Shown here piece by piece: positions 52,659 through 63,105 of a stretch of 64,000 nt of DNA. How positions within the stretch are numbered: the first letter of the stretch is position 1; each line of letters starts with the position of its first letter. The position numbers and the translations under genes were made by a program. The notes under the pieces are model-generated. The model did no database searches and had not been told where the DNA came from. It saw only the letters and a list, made by a program, of their open reading frames with translations. The DNA is taken from NCBI GenBank assembly GCA_963835575.1, contig CAWIGG010000005.1, positions 160,001-224,000 of the forward strand, read 5' to 3'. This DNA is from an uncultured Spirochaetota bacterium (GTDB lineage: Bacteria > Spirochaetota > Brevinematia > Brevinematales > JAOACQ01).

Positions 52659-54005
52659 ATGGACCACTTTACTTTCCCGAAGGATTTTAAATGGGGTGCG
52701 GCAACGGCATCCTATCAGATCGAAGGAGCTTATAATGAAGACGGCAGAGGACTGAGCGTCTGGGATACATTCGCACGGCGGCCCGGCAAGATTTTTAATA
52801 ATGATAACGGCGACAGGGCATGCGATCATTACCATCTTTATAAGGAAGATGTTAAGCTGATGAAGGAACTGGGACTGAACGCCTACCGCTTTTCCATTGC
52901 CTGGCCCAGAATTCTCCCCTCCGGCGAAGGAAAGATCAATAATAAAGGCATTGATTTTTATAATAAGCTTGTGGATGAACTCCTGAAGGCCGGCATAGAG
53001 CCCTATATCACTCTTTATCACTGGGATATGCCTCAGGCGCTGGAAGATAAATACGGAGGCTGGAGAAATAAATCGGTGCCTAAAATCTTTGCTGATTATG
53101 CGGGGCTGATGGTCCGGGAATTATCCGACAGGGTCAAATACTGGACGACAATGAACGAGATTGTCTGTTTTACTAAATTAGCGCATGCCGAGGACAGACA
53201 CGCGCCCGGAAAGATTGAAAAACCGCAGATTGTCAATCAAACAATCCATAATGCGTTATTGGGGCACGGCCTCGCTGTGCAGGCCATACGGTCAAACGCG
53301 AAAAAAGCCGTTCAGGCCGGATTAGTGGAAGTACCGTATAATGTATGGCCTATTTTTGATGATAAAGAACATATTAAAGCCGCATCAAAGGCCTGGAAGG
53401 AAAAAAACCAGCAGATCCTTTTCCCGATTATGACCGGGCAATACAGCAGGGATTTTATTGAATATTTAGGCAATGATATGCCGCAATATACGGATGAGGA
53501 AATGAAAATCATCTCTCAAAAATTGGATTTCATGGGATATAATGTCTATTTCGGCGATCCGGTCCGGGCTAGTGATAATGCAAGCGGTTATGAAATAGTA
53601 CCCCTTCCCCACAGCTATCCAAGAACCGAAATGACCTGGGGAACTTCTCCTAAAGCTCTCTATTACACACTCAAACATTCCCAGGAACATTTTTCCCCTC
53701 TTCCACTTTATATAACAGAAAATGGAATGGCCTGCCAGGATATTGAAACCGCCAAGGGAGAAGTCCTGGATATCGACAGGATGGAATACCTCAGGCAGCA
53801 CCTTGAAATGTGCTCAAAGGCCGTATTGGACGGAATCAATTTAAAAGGATATTTCCTCTGGAGCCTTATGGACAATTTCGAGTGGTCATGGGGTTTTTCC
53901 AAACGCTTCGGCATAGTCCGTACTAACTACGCTAACATGGAAAGAACAGTCAAGCTGAGCGGAAAATATTATTCCGCTGTTATTAAAGCCGGAAAAGTAT
54001 TATAA
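52659..54005 (+). CDS. bglA: GH1 beta-glucosidase
   Basis: FKWGAATASYQIEG, TMNE, YITENG, DNFEW. Confidence 0.93.
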   Translation: MDHFTFPKDFKWGAATASYQIEGAYNEDGRGLSVWDTFARRPGKIFNNDNGDRACDHYHLYKEDVKLMKELGLNAYRFSIAWPRILPSGEGKINNKGIDFYNKLVDELLKAGIEPYITLYHWDMPQALEDKYGGWRNKSVPKIFADYAGLMVRELSDRVKYWTTMNEIVCFTKLAHAEDRHAPGKIEKPQIVNQTIHNALLGHGLAVQAIRSNAKKAVQAGLVEVPYNVWPIFDDKEHIKAASKAWKEKNQQILFPIMTGQYSRDFIEYLGNDMPQYTDEEMKIISQKLDFMGYNVYFGDPVRASDNASGYEIVPLPHSYPRTEMTWGTSPKALYYTLKHSQEHFSPLPLYITENGMACQDIETAKGEVLDIDRMEYLRQHLEMCSKAVLDGINLKGYFLWSLMDNFEWSWGFSKRFGIVRTNYANMERTVKLSGKYYSAVIKAGKVL

Positions 54006-54085
54006 TTTCGGCTGAATATTTTGATTATTACCGGTTTTTCTATTAAAATATTTATCTTTTATTATTAATAACGGGAGGATGGTAT

Positions 54086-56524
54086 ATGAAATTCGGCCAT
54101 TTTGATGACGTTAATAAAGAATATGTCATTACAACGCCTCAAACCCCATATCCATGGATAAACTATCTGGGAACACAGGATTTCTTTTCATTGATTTCGA
54201 ATACATCCGGCGGATATTGCTTTTATAAAGATGCGCGTCTCCGGAGGATTACCCGCTTCCGCTACAACAATGTACCGATCGATAACGGCGGGCGATATTT
54301 TTATATTTACGATAACGGCGATTTCTGGTCTCCCGGATGGAAGCCGGTCAAAAAAGAGCTCTCATCATATGAATGCCGCCATGGCCTCGGCTATACAGAG
54401 ATCAGCGGAGAAAGAAACGGCATAAAAGCTGAAACCCTCTTCTTTGTTCCCCTTCACACCAACTGCGAAGTCCACAAGGTTAAAATCAAAAATACTGGAA
54501 AAGCCGATAAAAAGGTCACACTTTTCTCATTTATTGAATTCTGTCTCTGGAACGCATGGGACAATATGACTAATTTCCAGAGAAATTTCAATACCGGCGA
54601 AGTGGAAATCGAAAAATCGGTCATCTATCATAAAACCGAGTATAGAGAAAGACGGAACCATTATTCATTCTATTCCGTCAACGCTGAAATTGACGGCTAT
54701 GACACCGACAGGGACAGTTTTATCGGCCTCTACAACGGGTCTGAAAACCCTCAGGCCGTCATACAGGGCAAGTCGAATAATTCCGTCGCTGACGGATGGT
54801 CTCCCATTGCTTCCCACAGCATTAATCTGAAGTTAAAGGCGGGCGAGGAAAAAGAATTTGTTTTTGTTCTGGGTTATATAGAAAATCCCGACGCTGAAAA
54901 ATGGCAGTCAAAAGGCGTCGTCAATAAAAAGAAGGCCTATGAAATGATCAATCAATTTAAAAGCGGTAAAGATGTCGAAAAAGCTTTTCAGGATTTAAAA
55001 TCATACTGGAACGGCCTTTTATCACGGTATGAGATCCGTCATAAAGACGAGAAACTCAGCCGCATGGTCAATATCTGGAACCAGTACCAGTGCATGGTCA
55101 CATTCAATATGTCGCGGAGCGCTTCTTATTTTGAATCCGGCATCGGCCGCGGCATGGGCTTCCGCGATTCAAACCAGGACCTTCTCGGCTTTATGCACCA
55201 GATCCCTGAAAGGGCAAAAGAAAGGATTCTGGACCTGGCCGCGACCCAGCTGCCCGACGGCGGAGCGTACCACCAGTATCAGCCTCTTACAAAAAAAGGC
55301 AATAATGAGGTCGGCGGCAATTTTAACGACGACCCTCTGTGGATCATACTTTCAACAGGGGCTTATATAAAAGAAACCGGCGATTGGTCAATATTGAAGG
55401 AGTCCGTGCCTTTTGATAATAATGAAAAGGATAAAGCCAGCCTCTTTGAGCATCTCAAGCGCTCGTTTTACCATGTAGTCGACAACCTTGGACCGCATGG
55501 GCTTCCGCTCATCGGCAGGGCCGACTGGAACGACTGCCTCAATCTGAACTGCTTCTCTTCCACGCCCGACGAGCCTTTCCAGACAACAACCGGTAAAGAC
55601 GGCAAAGTGGCGGAATCCGTATTCATCGCCGGCCTGCTTATCTTCAGCGCTCCTGATTATCTCGCGATGTGCGAATATCTGGGCGAAAAAGAAGAGACAA
55701 AAAAGGCGAACGAGTGGGTCAAAAAAATGGATGATACGATTATGAAGCACGGTTGGGACGGCGAATGGTTCCTCCGCGCTTATGATGATTTCAGCAAAAA
55801 AATCGGCAGTAAGGAAAATGAAGAAGGTAAGATTTTTATCGAAACACAGGGAATCTGTACGATTGCCGGTATCGGCCTGGATAACGGCTACGCGGAGAAA
55901 GCCCTCGATGCATGCAGGAAATACCTGGACACAAAATACGGCCTTGTCCTCAATAACCCGGCTTTTACAAAGTATTATATCAATCTGGGCGAGATTTCGA
56001 CATATCCGCCCGGCTATAAGGAAAACGGCGGAGTTTTCTGCCATAGTAACGCCTGGATCATCGCCGGTGAAACAGTGCTCGGCAGGGGCGACAGGGCCTT
56101 TGAATACTACGCCAAGATTGCCCCCGCTTATACGGAAGAATTCAGCGAAATACATAAACTGGAGCCCTATGTTTACGCCCAGATGATAGCCGGAAAAGAA
56201 GCCAAACGGCCCGGCGAGGCGAAGAACTCATGGCTTACCGGGACCGCCGGATGGCAGTTCGCTGTCATTTCCCAGTGGATCCTCGGAATCCAGCCTGATT
56301 ATACCGGCCTGAAAATCAATCCATGCATTCCTTCAAGCTGGGAAGGCTACACCATAGTCCGCCATTACAGAGGCTCAAACTATAAAATCGACATCAAAAA
56401 CCCTTCCTATGTCTCGAAAGGCGTGAAATCGATAACTATCGACGGAAATAAAATAGAGGGTTTGGTCCTCCCTGTTTTCGGCGACGGTAAAACCCATAAT
56501 GTCGAGGTTGTATTGGGCAAATAA
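54086..56524 (+). CDS. cbp: cellobiose phosphorylase (GH94)
   Basis: [56 protein letters not shown]. Confidence 0.92.
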   Translation: MKFGHFDDVNKEYVITTPQTPYPWINYLGTQDFFSLISNTSGGYCFYKDARLRRITRFRYNNVPIDNGGRYFYIYDNGDFWSPGWKPVKKELSSYECRHGLGYTEISGERNGIKAETLFFVPLHTNCEVHKVKIKNTGKADKKVTLFSFIEFCLWNAWDNMTNFQRNFNTGEVEIEKSVIYHKTEYRERRNHYSFYSVNAEIDGYDTDRDSFIGLYNGSENPQAVIQGKSNNSVADGWSPIASHSINLKLKAGEEKEFVFVLGYIENPDAEKWQSKGVVNKKKAYEMINQFKSGKDVEKAFQDLKSYWNGLLSRYEIRHKDEKLSRMVNIWNQYQCMVTFNMSRSASYFESGIGRGMGFRDSNQDLLGFMHQIPERAKERILDLAATQLPDGGAYHQYQPLTKKGNNEVGGNFNDDPLWIILSTGAYIKETGDWSILKESVPFDNNEKDKASLFEHLKRSFYHVVDNLGPHGLPLIGRADWNDCLNLNCFSSTPDEPFQTTTGKDGKVAESVFIAGLLIFSAPDYLAMCEYLGEKEETKKANEWVKKMDDTIMKHGWDGEWFLRAYDDFSKKIGSKENEEGKIFIETQGICTIAGIGLDNGYAEKALDACRKYLDTKYGLVLNNPAFTKYYINLGEISTYPPGYKENGGVFCHSNAWIIAGETVLGRGDRAFEYYAKIAPAYTEEFSEIHKLEPYVYAQMIAGKEAKRPGEAKNSWLTGTAGWQFAVISQWILGIQPDYTGLKINPCIPSSWEGYTIVRHYRGSNYKIDIKNPSYVSKGVKSITIDGNKIEGLVLPVFGDGKTHNVEVVLGK

Positions 56525-56688
56525 ATGAGTTATAATATAAAAAAAGAATTTTTAAAATAGAGTTAAATCTAAAAATATAAACATTTTATCAAAAAAAATT
56601 AAAAAGAATGAACACTTCGTCCGATAATTCAATTGATTTATGCAGAATTAGATTCCCCTCCCAATTCTGCAAACTCACTGTGTGAGTG

Positions 56689-56720
56689 AAGCGAGGATTT
56701 ATAATCCTCGCTTTTTTTTT
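56689..56720 (+). terminator. intrinsic terminator, target of the class C intron
   Basis: AAGCGAGGATT-TAT-AATCCTCGCTT followed by a T run, immediately before GTGCG. Confidence 0.85.
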
Positions 56721-56721
56721 A

Positions 56722-58643
56722 GTGCGCCCGGCAGGGCGCACGTTCTTGGAGGTTAAAGTCCTCTATGCACCCGGTAAGGGGAATCCCTCACCAGTTTGTG
56801 AACTTCTCCGGGCAGCCGGACAAACTGGTGAGGGACAGACGGCAAGGGTGTCCGCCGTGAGGCGGAATCTGAAGGAAGCCGGAGGCAAAACGCTGGCCTG
56901 ACGAACAGAAACCGCAAATAAGGCGTTTATGTTGGATAAGACGGCCAATATCGTTAAAGTCCGATACTTACACGGAAAACGTAGGCGTAAATGCGGCAGG
57001 TATAAGCGGGAAGGAACGAGCGTATTACCCGGGGAGATCTGGAAATCCGCTACATATTAGCTATTGTCATTGAAAGGTGATGAGAGGGATTTTCAGAAGT
57101 CGGCAGAAGCCATAGTAGCTTCTTGACCGGAAGTGAAGGGCAGAACCAAAATGTAGGAGTACCGCTATGAATCCTGATACGGTAATTTGCGCAGAAGCGA
57201 ATGAAGACCATTTGGCTTTGACAGAAAATAGGGACGGAATCCCGAAGAAGAGTCAAAGTGCGTGTATCCGTACAGAGAGGCAAAGAAGGAGTACACCGGA
57301 TGAAAACAATCTAATCGAGCATCTGGTCAAACGCGAGAACATGCTGGAAGCCTATCACAGAGTGGTAAGCAGCAAAGGCTCGGCGGGAATTGACGGAGTA
57401 ACGGTCGAAAGAATGAAAGATGACGTTAATAACCGGTGGGCTGAAATCAAAGTCAAATTGCTGGAAGGAAGATACAAACCGAAGGCGGTAAAAGGAGTGC
57501 AAATTCCGCAAACGAATGGCGGGGTTCGTCAATTGGGAATCCCGACGGTAATGGATCGACTGATACAGCAAGCATTTTATCAGGTGCTGAGTCCAATCTT
57601 CGAACCGGGATTTTCGGAATTGAGTTATGGCTTTCGTCCCGGAAAAAGGGCACAACAAGCCATAGCGAAGTCAAGAGAATATCAGGAGACCGGGAAACGA
57701 TGGGTTGTAGATATGGATTTAGCGAAATTTTTCGATGAAGTTGACCACGATATCCTAATAGCGAGGATAAAGCGAAAAGTCAGGGATAAGAAAATCCTGA
57801 AACTGATTGCCTCGTTTCTCAAAGCCGGAATGATGACGGATAATAAAATCACGGCGAGGAAAAAGGGAACACCACAAGGTGGAAATCTGTCTCCATTATT
57901 AGCGAATATTATACTGGATGACCTTGACAAGGAATTAGAACAAAGAGGACATAGCTTTTGCCGGTATGCTGATGACTGCAATATATACGTTAAAAGCAGG
58001 AAAGCCGGAGAAAGAGTGATGGACTCGATATCCAGATTTGTTGAGGAAAAGTTGAAGCTGAAAGTGAATCGTGATAAAAGCGCCGCAGCAAGGCCGTGGG
58101 AAAGAAAATTTCTCGGTTACTCATTTACAAGTGAGAAGAAAACAAGGATTCGGGTAGCAATGGAATCGAAAGAAAAACTCAAGAAGAATCTGAAAGAAGT
58201 GTTCAGGAAAGTACAGGGACGAAATCTGAAAGAATTCATCAGGAAAGAATTAAACCCAAAAATTCGCGGATGGATAAATTATTTTATCATTGCGAATGTA
58301 AAAGATTTTACTGACGATATGGATGGATTCGAAGGAAACTACGATGTGCGCTATGGAAACAATGGAAAAGACCCTGGACAAGAAGAAAGCGGCTGATTGA
58401 AGCTGGGCTAAAAGAAGAGCAAGCAGTGGCAAGTACTTTCAACCAGAGAGGCTCGTGGTGGAATTCCGGGGCAAAACATATGAATCTTGTCTTTCCGAAG
58501 AAATACTTTGATAGTATGGGTCTTGTATCAATGCTGGATACGATTTGTAATTATCAGAAATTAAATTTTGGAACCGCCGTATACGGAACCGTACGTACGG
58601 TGGTGTGAGAGGTCGGCGGGTGTGAACCCGCCTCCTACTCGAT
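56722..58643 (+). mobile_element. group II intron, bacterial class C
   Basis: 5' GTGCGCCC; domain V GAACCGCCGTATACGGAACCGTACGTACGGTGGTG (CGC triad); domain VI ending CCTACTCGAT; inserted after a terminator. Confidence 0.92.
57167..58608 (+). pseudogene. ltrA: intron-encoded RT/maturase, frameshifted near 58320-58327
   Basis: GIPTVMDR, SYGFRPG, GTPQGG, RYADD. The X domain continues out of frame (IRRKLRCALWKQWK..GSWWNS..YFDSMGLVS). Confidence 0.85.
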
Positions 58644-58648
58644 TCGAA

Positions 58649-58895
58649 CGAGCGAGTGAAATGACCCAGCGCCATTGGAATGGCGCTGGTCATTTCCGAG
58701 CGAGTAATACCAAGCTGCAATCAATATTAGAGCAACTTTGTTGTGCGGAACTCAGCTATGCTGAGGAGAGAGCACAACAATTAGTTGCTCTTTGATTGCA
58801 GCTTGGTAGAAGACAACAAAGTTGTTTAATACTACCAAGTCTTGCCCCTGATCAGCTCTGGAGCGGAACTCACAGAGTTCTGGAGCTTGCTCCCC
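58649..58895. repeat. array of long hairpins (structured non-coding element)
   Basis: Hairpin 58658-58696 flanked by CGAGCGAGT direct repeats; about 100-nt hairpin 58708-58808 with a 17-bp perfect base. Confidence 0.6.
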
Positions 58896-58919
58896 ATTCA
58901 ACTTTATTGCCCTGATTTT

Positions 58920-58948
58920 TTGACAATTAGCATTTTCATAGATAAAAT
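58920..58948 (+). promoter_or_regulatory. sigma70 promoter of the rpmF-plsX operon
   Basis: TTGACA-17 bp-TAAAAT. Confidence 0.75.
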
Positions 58949-58986
58949 GTATGTTATCAACGATTATTATAAGAGGAGATGAAATC

Positions 58987-59184
58987 ATGCCCGTTCCAAA
59001 GCATAAAACAGCCAAATGCAAAAGCAGAATGAGAAAAGCAAACGGCTATTATAAAACTTCAAGCCCCGCGATGTCGGTTTGTCCCAACTGCGGGGCCAAG
59101 AAACTGCCCCACAGGGTCTGCGATTCATGCGGTTTTTATAAAGGCAGGCAGATCATTACCAAAGTCGTTAAAGAAGAGAAATAA
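58987..59184 (+). CDS. rpmF: 50S ribosomal protein L32 (Zn-binding form)
   Basis: MPVPKHK..CPNCG..PHRVC..CGFYKGR. Confidence 0.95.
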   Translation: MPVPKHKTAKCKSRMRKANGYYKTSSPAMSVCPNCGAKKLPHRVCDSCGFYKGRQIITKVVKEEK

Positions 59185-59198
59185 CCTTGGAGAATCTC

Positions 59199-60230
59199 AT
59201 GAAGATAGGCGTTGATATTATCAGCGGCGAATCGGATATAAAAGATTTGATCCAGGGATGTATTGACGCTGTGAATGACGATCCTACCATTGAGGTGGTC
59301 ATGATCGGCAGGGGTGATGTCTACAAGCCGATCCTGCACAGCAAGGCCAATTTATTAAATAAAAACATCAAGCGCATCAGCATCATTGAAGCATCTGAAG
59401 TCATTACAATGGATGACGATCCCCTTGCCGTGATCAAACAGAAAAAAGATTCCAGCATAGTCAAAGGTCTGCAGGCCCATAAAAAAGGCGAAATCCAGGC
59501 TTTCTTTTCTCCCGGCAATACGGGAGCTGTGGTTGTCGCGTCCGCCCTAATTCTTGGAAGGGTTATGGGCATCAAAAAACCGGCCCTGATCCAGATCATG
59601 CCTACTATGGTAGGTAAAAACAATATTCTTCTGGATGTCGGAGCCAGCGCCGAATGTGAAGCGGAAGATCTTGTCAAATTCGCCGTTATGGGCAGGATTT
59701 TCGCGGAGGAAATTCTCCGCATCCCCAATCCGAAAGTCGGCCTTCTCAATATCGGCGAAGAATCCCACAAAGGGACATCCGCCGCCCGGGAAGCTTTCAA
59801 AAGTCTCTCAAATGCCAACGTCAATTTCAAAGGCAATGTGGAAGGATACCAGATCTTTTCCGATGAAGTGGATGTCATCGTCTGCGACGGATATATCGGC
59901 AATATCACTTTAAAAACGGTTGAAGGCGCCGCGAATACCTTTACCAGCCTTTTAAAAAAGGCGATTTTCAAGCATATTCCGGCTATTCTGACCCTGCCCT
60001 TTTACAGCGGCGCGTTGAAGGAATTAAAAAGAGCGGCCGACGCGGAACAATACGGCGGGGCGCCTCTTCTCGGCGTCAACGGCAACGTTCTGATCGGTCA
60101 TGGAAAATCAGGCAGGACCGCCATTAAATTCGGCATTAAGGCCGCGGCTGACGCTGTCCGGCACGATGTGCTTGGTAAGCTGAACAAGCGGCTTGAAGAA
60201 ATGCATCTTAACGACAGGGAAAACAGCTGA
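59199..60230 (+). CDS. plsX: phosphate acyltransferase
   Basis: SPGNTGA, LDVGA, VGLLNIGEESHKG, CDGYIGN, GGAPLLGV, HGKS. Confidence 0.95.
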   Translation: MKIGVDIISGESDIKDLIQGCIDAVNDDPTIEVVMIGRGDVYKPILHSKANLLNKNIKRISIIEASEVITMDDDPLAVIKQKKDSSIVKGLQAHKKGEIQAFFSPGNTGAVVVASALILGRVMGIKKPALIQIMPTMVGKNNILLDVGASAECEAEDLVKFAVMGRIFAEEILRIPNPKVGLLNIGEESHKGTSAAREAFKSLSNANVNFKGNVEGYQIFSDEVDVIVCDGYIGNITLKTVEGAANTFTSLLKKAIFKHIPAILTLPFYSGALKELKRAADAEQYGGAPLLGVNGNVLIGHGKSGRTAIKFGIKAAADAVRHDVLGKLNKRLEEMHLNDRENS

Positions 60231-60341
60231 AAAATTAACCGAACATATTTTATTATCAAACTTTTATAAAGCCTCTTTAAAACCGGTTAGAGAGGAAGTA
60301 AGAATTTAATAAAGTAAACAACATTAAACTGGAGGTTTATA

Positions 60342-61088
60342 ATGGGCAGGCTCGCAAATAAGAATGCCATCGTTACAGGATCAGCCAGAGGCATCGGTAA
60401 ATCCATAGCTCTGAAACTCGCGGAAGAAGGGGCTAATGTCGTCATCGTCGATGTCATACAGGACGCCGCGGAGGAAACCGCCAAGGAAATACAGGCACTG
60501 GGCAGAAAAAGTTTCGCCATGAAAGTGGATGTCACAAATTATAAAGAAGTCGAGGAAATGATCAATAAAACTAAAACAGATTTGGGCACACTGGATATTC
60601 TGGTCAATAACGCCGGGATAACCCGGGACAATCTGATACTGCGGATGACGCCCGATGATTTCGACCTGGTATTAAACATCAATCTCAAAGGCGTATTTAA
60701 CGGCATTAAAGCCGCTTTTCCCGTTATGATGAAACAGAGAAGCGGTAAAATCGTTAATATCGCGTCAATTATAGGAATGATCGGCAACGCGGGACAGGCC
60801 AACTATTCCGCCAGCAAAGGAGGCGTCATCGCCCTGACAAAATCAGCCGCCAGGGAACTGGCCGCCAGAGGGGTCTGTGTCAATGCCGTCGCGCCCGGTT
60901 TTATCCAGACTGCCATGACCGATAAGCTGCAGGAATCAGATAAAGAGAAAATTCTCGTTCAGGTGCCGATGGGAAGAATGGGCCAGCCGGAAGATGTGGC
61001 AAAAGCCGTTTTATTTTTAGCCTCTCCGGATTCCGACTATATCACCGGGCAGGTCGTCGTCGTTGACGGCGGCATGGTGATGTCCTAA
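60342..61088 (+). CDS. fabG: 3-oxoacyl-ACP reductase
   Basis: TGSARGIG, NNAGITRD, NYSASK. Confidence 0.95.
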   Translation: MGRLANKNAIVTGSARGIGKSIALKLAEEGANVVIVDVIQDAAEETAKEIQALGRKSFAMKVDVTNYKEVEEMINKTKTDLGTLDILVNNAGITRDNLILRMTPDDFDLVLNINLKGVFNGIKAAFPVMMKQRSGKIVNIASIIGMIGNAGQANYSASKGGVIALTKSAARELAARGVCVNAVAPGFIQTAMTDKLQESDKEKILVQVPMGRMGQPEDVAKAVLFLASPDSDYITGQVVVVDGGMVMS

Positions 61089-61103
61089 ATATTGGAGGAT
61101 TTA

Positions 61104-62354
61104 ATGAGTAGTAGAAGAGTTGTTGTCACCGGAATGGGTACCATCAATGCCCTCGGATTAAATGTCAAAGAATACTGGGAAGGATTAAAAGCCGGAAAAA
61201 GCGGCACGACAAGAGTGACAAACATAGATTTAAAGGATTCGCCCAGCCTTGTCGCCGGCGAAGTTAAAAATGATAAATTCAATCCGGAAAATTACATGGA
61301 TAGAAAGCTGACGAAAAGAATGGACCGCTTCTGCCAGTTCGCTTTTACCGCGGCGAAAGAAGCCGTCAATGACAGCGGCATTCTCAATGCTGATATAGAT
61401 AAAACAAGGGTAGGCGTCATCATCGGCTCGGGCATCGGCGGCATCCAGACATTTTATGATAATTCGGTCAAGCTTTATACATCAGGCCATAACCGTGTTT
61501 CGCCTCTGCTCATTCCGATGCTCATCAGCGATATCGCTTCCGGATACGTGTCCATCGAATATGGTTTTATGGGACCCAACTATTGCGTCTCATCGGCCTG
61601 CGCCTCGGCCGGCCACAGCATTACGGCTTCTTTTAACCATATTTTAATGGATGACGCCGACATAATGGTTTCCGGCGGCGCGGAAGCGGCAATCACCAAT
61701 GTCGGCTTTGCCGGATTTACTCAGGCCAAGACGCTCTCGACACATTATAACGACAGGCCTGAAAAGTCTTCGCGCCCCTTTGATAAGGACCGCGACGGAT
61801 TTGTCATGGGCGAGGGATCGGGAATTCTTATCCTGGAAGAGCTCGAACACGCGAAAAAGCGCGGAGCGAAGATATACGCCGAGCTTTTATCTTACGGAGT
61901 CAGCGGCGACGCTTATCATATTACGGCGCCTACTCCCGACGGGAGCGGCGGCGCGCTGGCGGCTAAAAACGCCCTCAGGAAAGCAGGAATCCGCCCCGAA
62001 GATGTTCAGCTGGTAAACGCGCATGGCACCTCGACAGACCTGGGCGATCCGGCTGAAACTAAAGGCATCAAGCAGGTTTTCGGCGAGCATGCCTTCAAGC
62101 TCAAGGTCAACTCGACAAAGTCGATGATAGGGCATTGCCTGGGAGCGGCGGCGGCCGTGGAATCCATCGCCGTCATTAAAATGATTCAAGATAGTATAGT
62201 ACATCCGACGATAAATCTGGATAATCCCGATCCGGAATGCGACCTGGATTATGTTCCCAATAAAGCTGTGCCGTGCGATATTACACACGGCGTCAGTAAT
62301 TCATTTGGATTCGGTGGTCATAATGTTACATTGGTTTTCAAAAAATACCAATAA
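61104..62354 (+). CDS. fabF: beta-ketoacyl-ACP synthase II
   Basis: SSACAS, AHGTST, KSMIGH, NSFGFGG. Confidence 0.95.
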   Translation: MSSRRVVVTGMGTINALGLNVKEYWEGLKAGKSGTTRVTNIDLKDSPSLVAGEVKNDKFNPENYMDRKLTKRMDRFCQFAFTAAKEAVNDSGILNADIDKTRVGVIIGSGIGGIQTFYDNSVKLYTSGHNRVSPLLIPMLISDIASGYVSIEYGFMGPNYCVSSACASAGHSITASFNHILMDDADIMVSGGAEAAITNVGFAGFTQAKTLSTHYNDRPEKSSRPFDKDRDGFVMGEGSGILILEELEHAKKRGAKIYAELLSYGVSGDAYHITAPTPDGSGGALAAKNALRKAGIRPEDVQLVNAHGTSTDLGDPAETKGIKQVFGEHAFKLKVNSTKSMIGHCLGAAAAVESIAVIKMIQDSIVHPTINLDNPDPECDLDYVPNKAVPCDITHGVSNSFGFGGHNVTLVFKKYQ

Positions 62355-63084
62355 GCAAAAAGGACGCAAGAACAAAATAAGCAAAATAAGGATGGGGCAA
62401 TTAAAAAAAATATCCGGCAGGCTTTCAATTAATATTAAAGACTATCACCTGCTGGATAAAGCCTTCACGCATTCTTCATGTATTGACAAATCAGGCGGAT
62501 ATAATGAACCCTATGAAAGACTGGAATTTCTGGGTGATTCCATCCTCAATGCGTCTATAGCCTATCTGCTGTATATTAATAATCCCCATCTTTCCGAAGG
62601 CGGGCTCTCCGCTCTCCGTTCCAGCCTGGTTGATGAAAAAACCCTGTCGGAAATTGCTTTTCAGCTTAAGCTCCTTGATTATATCAATCTAGGGAAAGGT
62701 GAAACGCTTTCCGATCCCCGCGCCAGACAAAAAGTCGCTGCGGATATCACCGAATCGATCATCGGCGTCATATTTCTGGAAAGCGGCTTTGAGAAAGCCC
62801 TGGCATTTGTGAAAAGCATACTTGATCCCGAAATTAAAAAAAGAATTAAGACCGGCACCCGCGATTATAAGACACAGCTCCAGAAATGGTCCGTTTCAAA
62901 ATTCAAGGAATATCCCGTTTACAGGATCATCAGGGAAACAGGGCCGGACCATAATAAAATATTCGAGATCCAGGTAACTGTCCATGGCGAATTTACGGCG
63001 AACGCGAAAGGAAGGACAAAGAAGGAAGCGGAGCAGAAGGCCGCGGAACAGGTGATAAAATCAATTAAAATCGAAAATAAATAA
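62323..63084 (+). CDS. rnc: ribonuclease III (start uncertain: 62323 or 62392)
   Basis: ERLEFLGD, dsRBD DYKTQLQ..KKEAEQKAA. Confidence 0.93.
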   Translation: MLHWFSKNTNKQKGRKNKISKIRMGQLKKISGRLSINIKDYHLLDKAFTHSSCIDKSGGYNEPYERLEFLGDSILNASIAYLLYINNPHLSEGGLSALRSSLVDEKTLSEIAFQLKLLDYINLGKGETLSDPRARQKVAADITESIIGVIFLESGFEKALAFVKSILDPEIKKRIKTGTRDYKTQLQKWSVSKFKEYPVYRIIRETGPDHNKIFEIQVTVHGEFTANAKGRTKKEAEQKAAEQVIKSIKIENK

Positions 63085-63105
63085 TGATTAAGAAGGGATG
63101 GTTTT

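Noticed and set aside
57167..58396. RT as a retron, DGR or CRISPR-associated RT
   Set aside because: It is enclosed by group II intron 5' end, domain V and domain VI; no TR/VR pair, msr-msd or cas genes are present.
58644..58900. Possible CRISPR array
   Set aside because: These are inverted repeats, not regularly spaced direct repeats with unique spacers.
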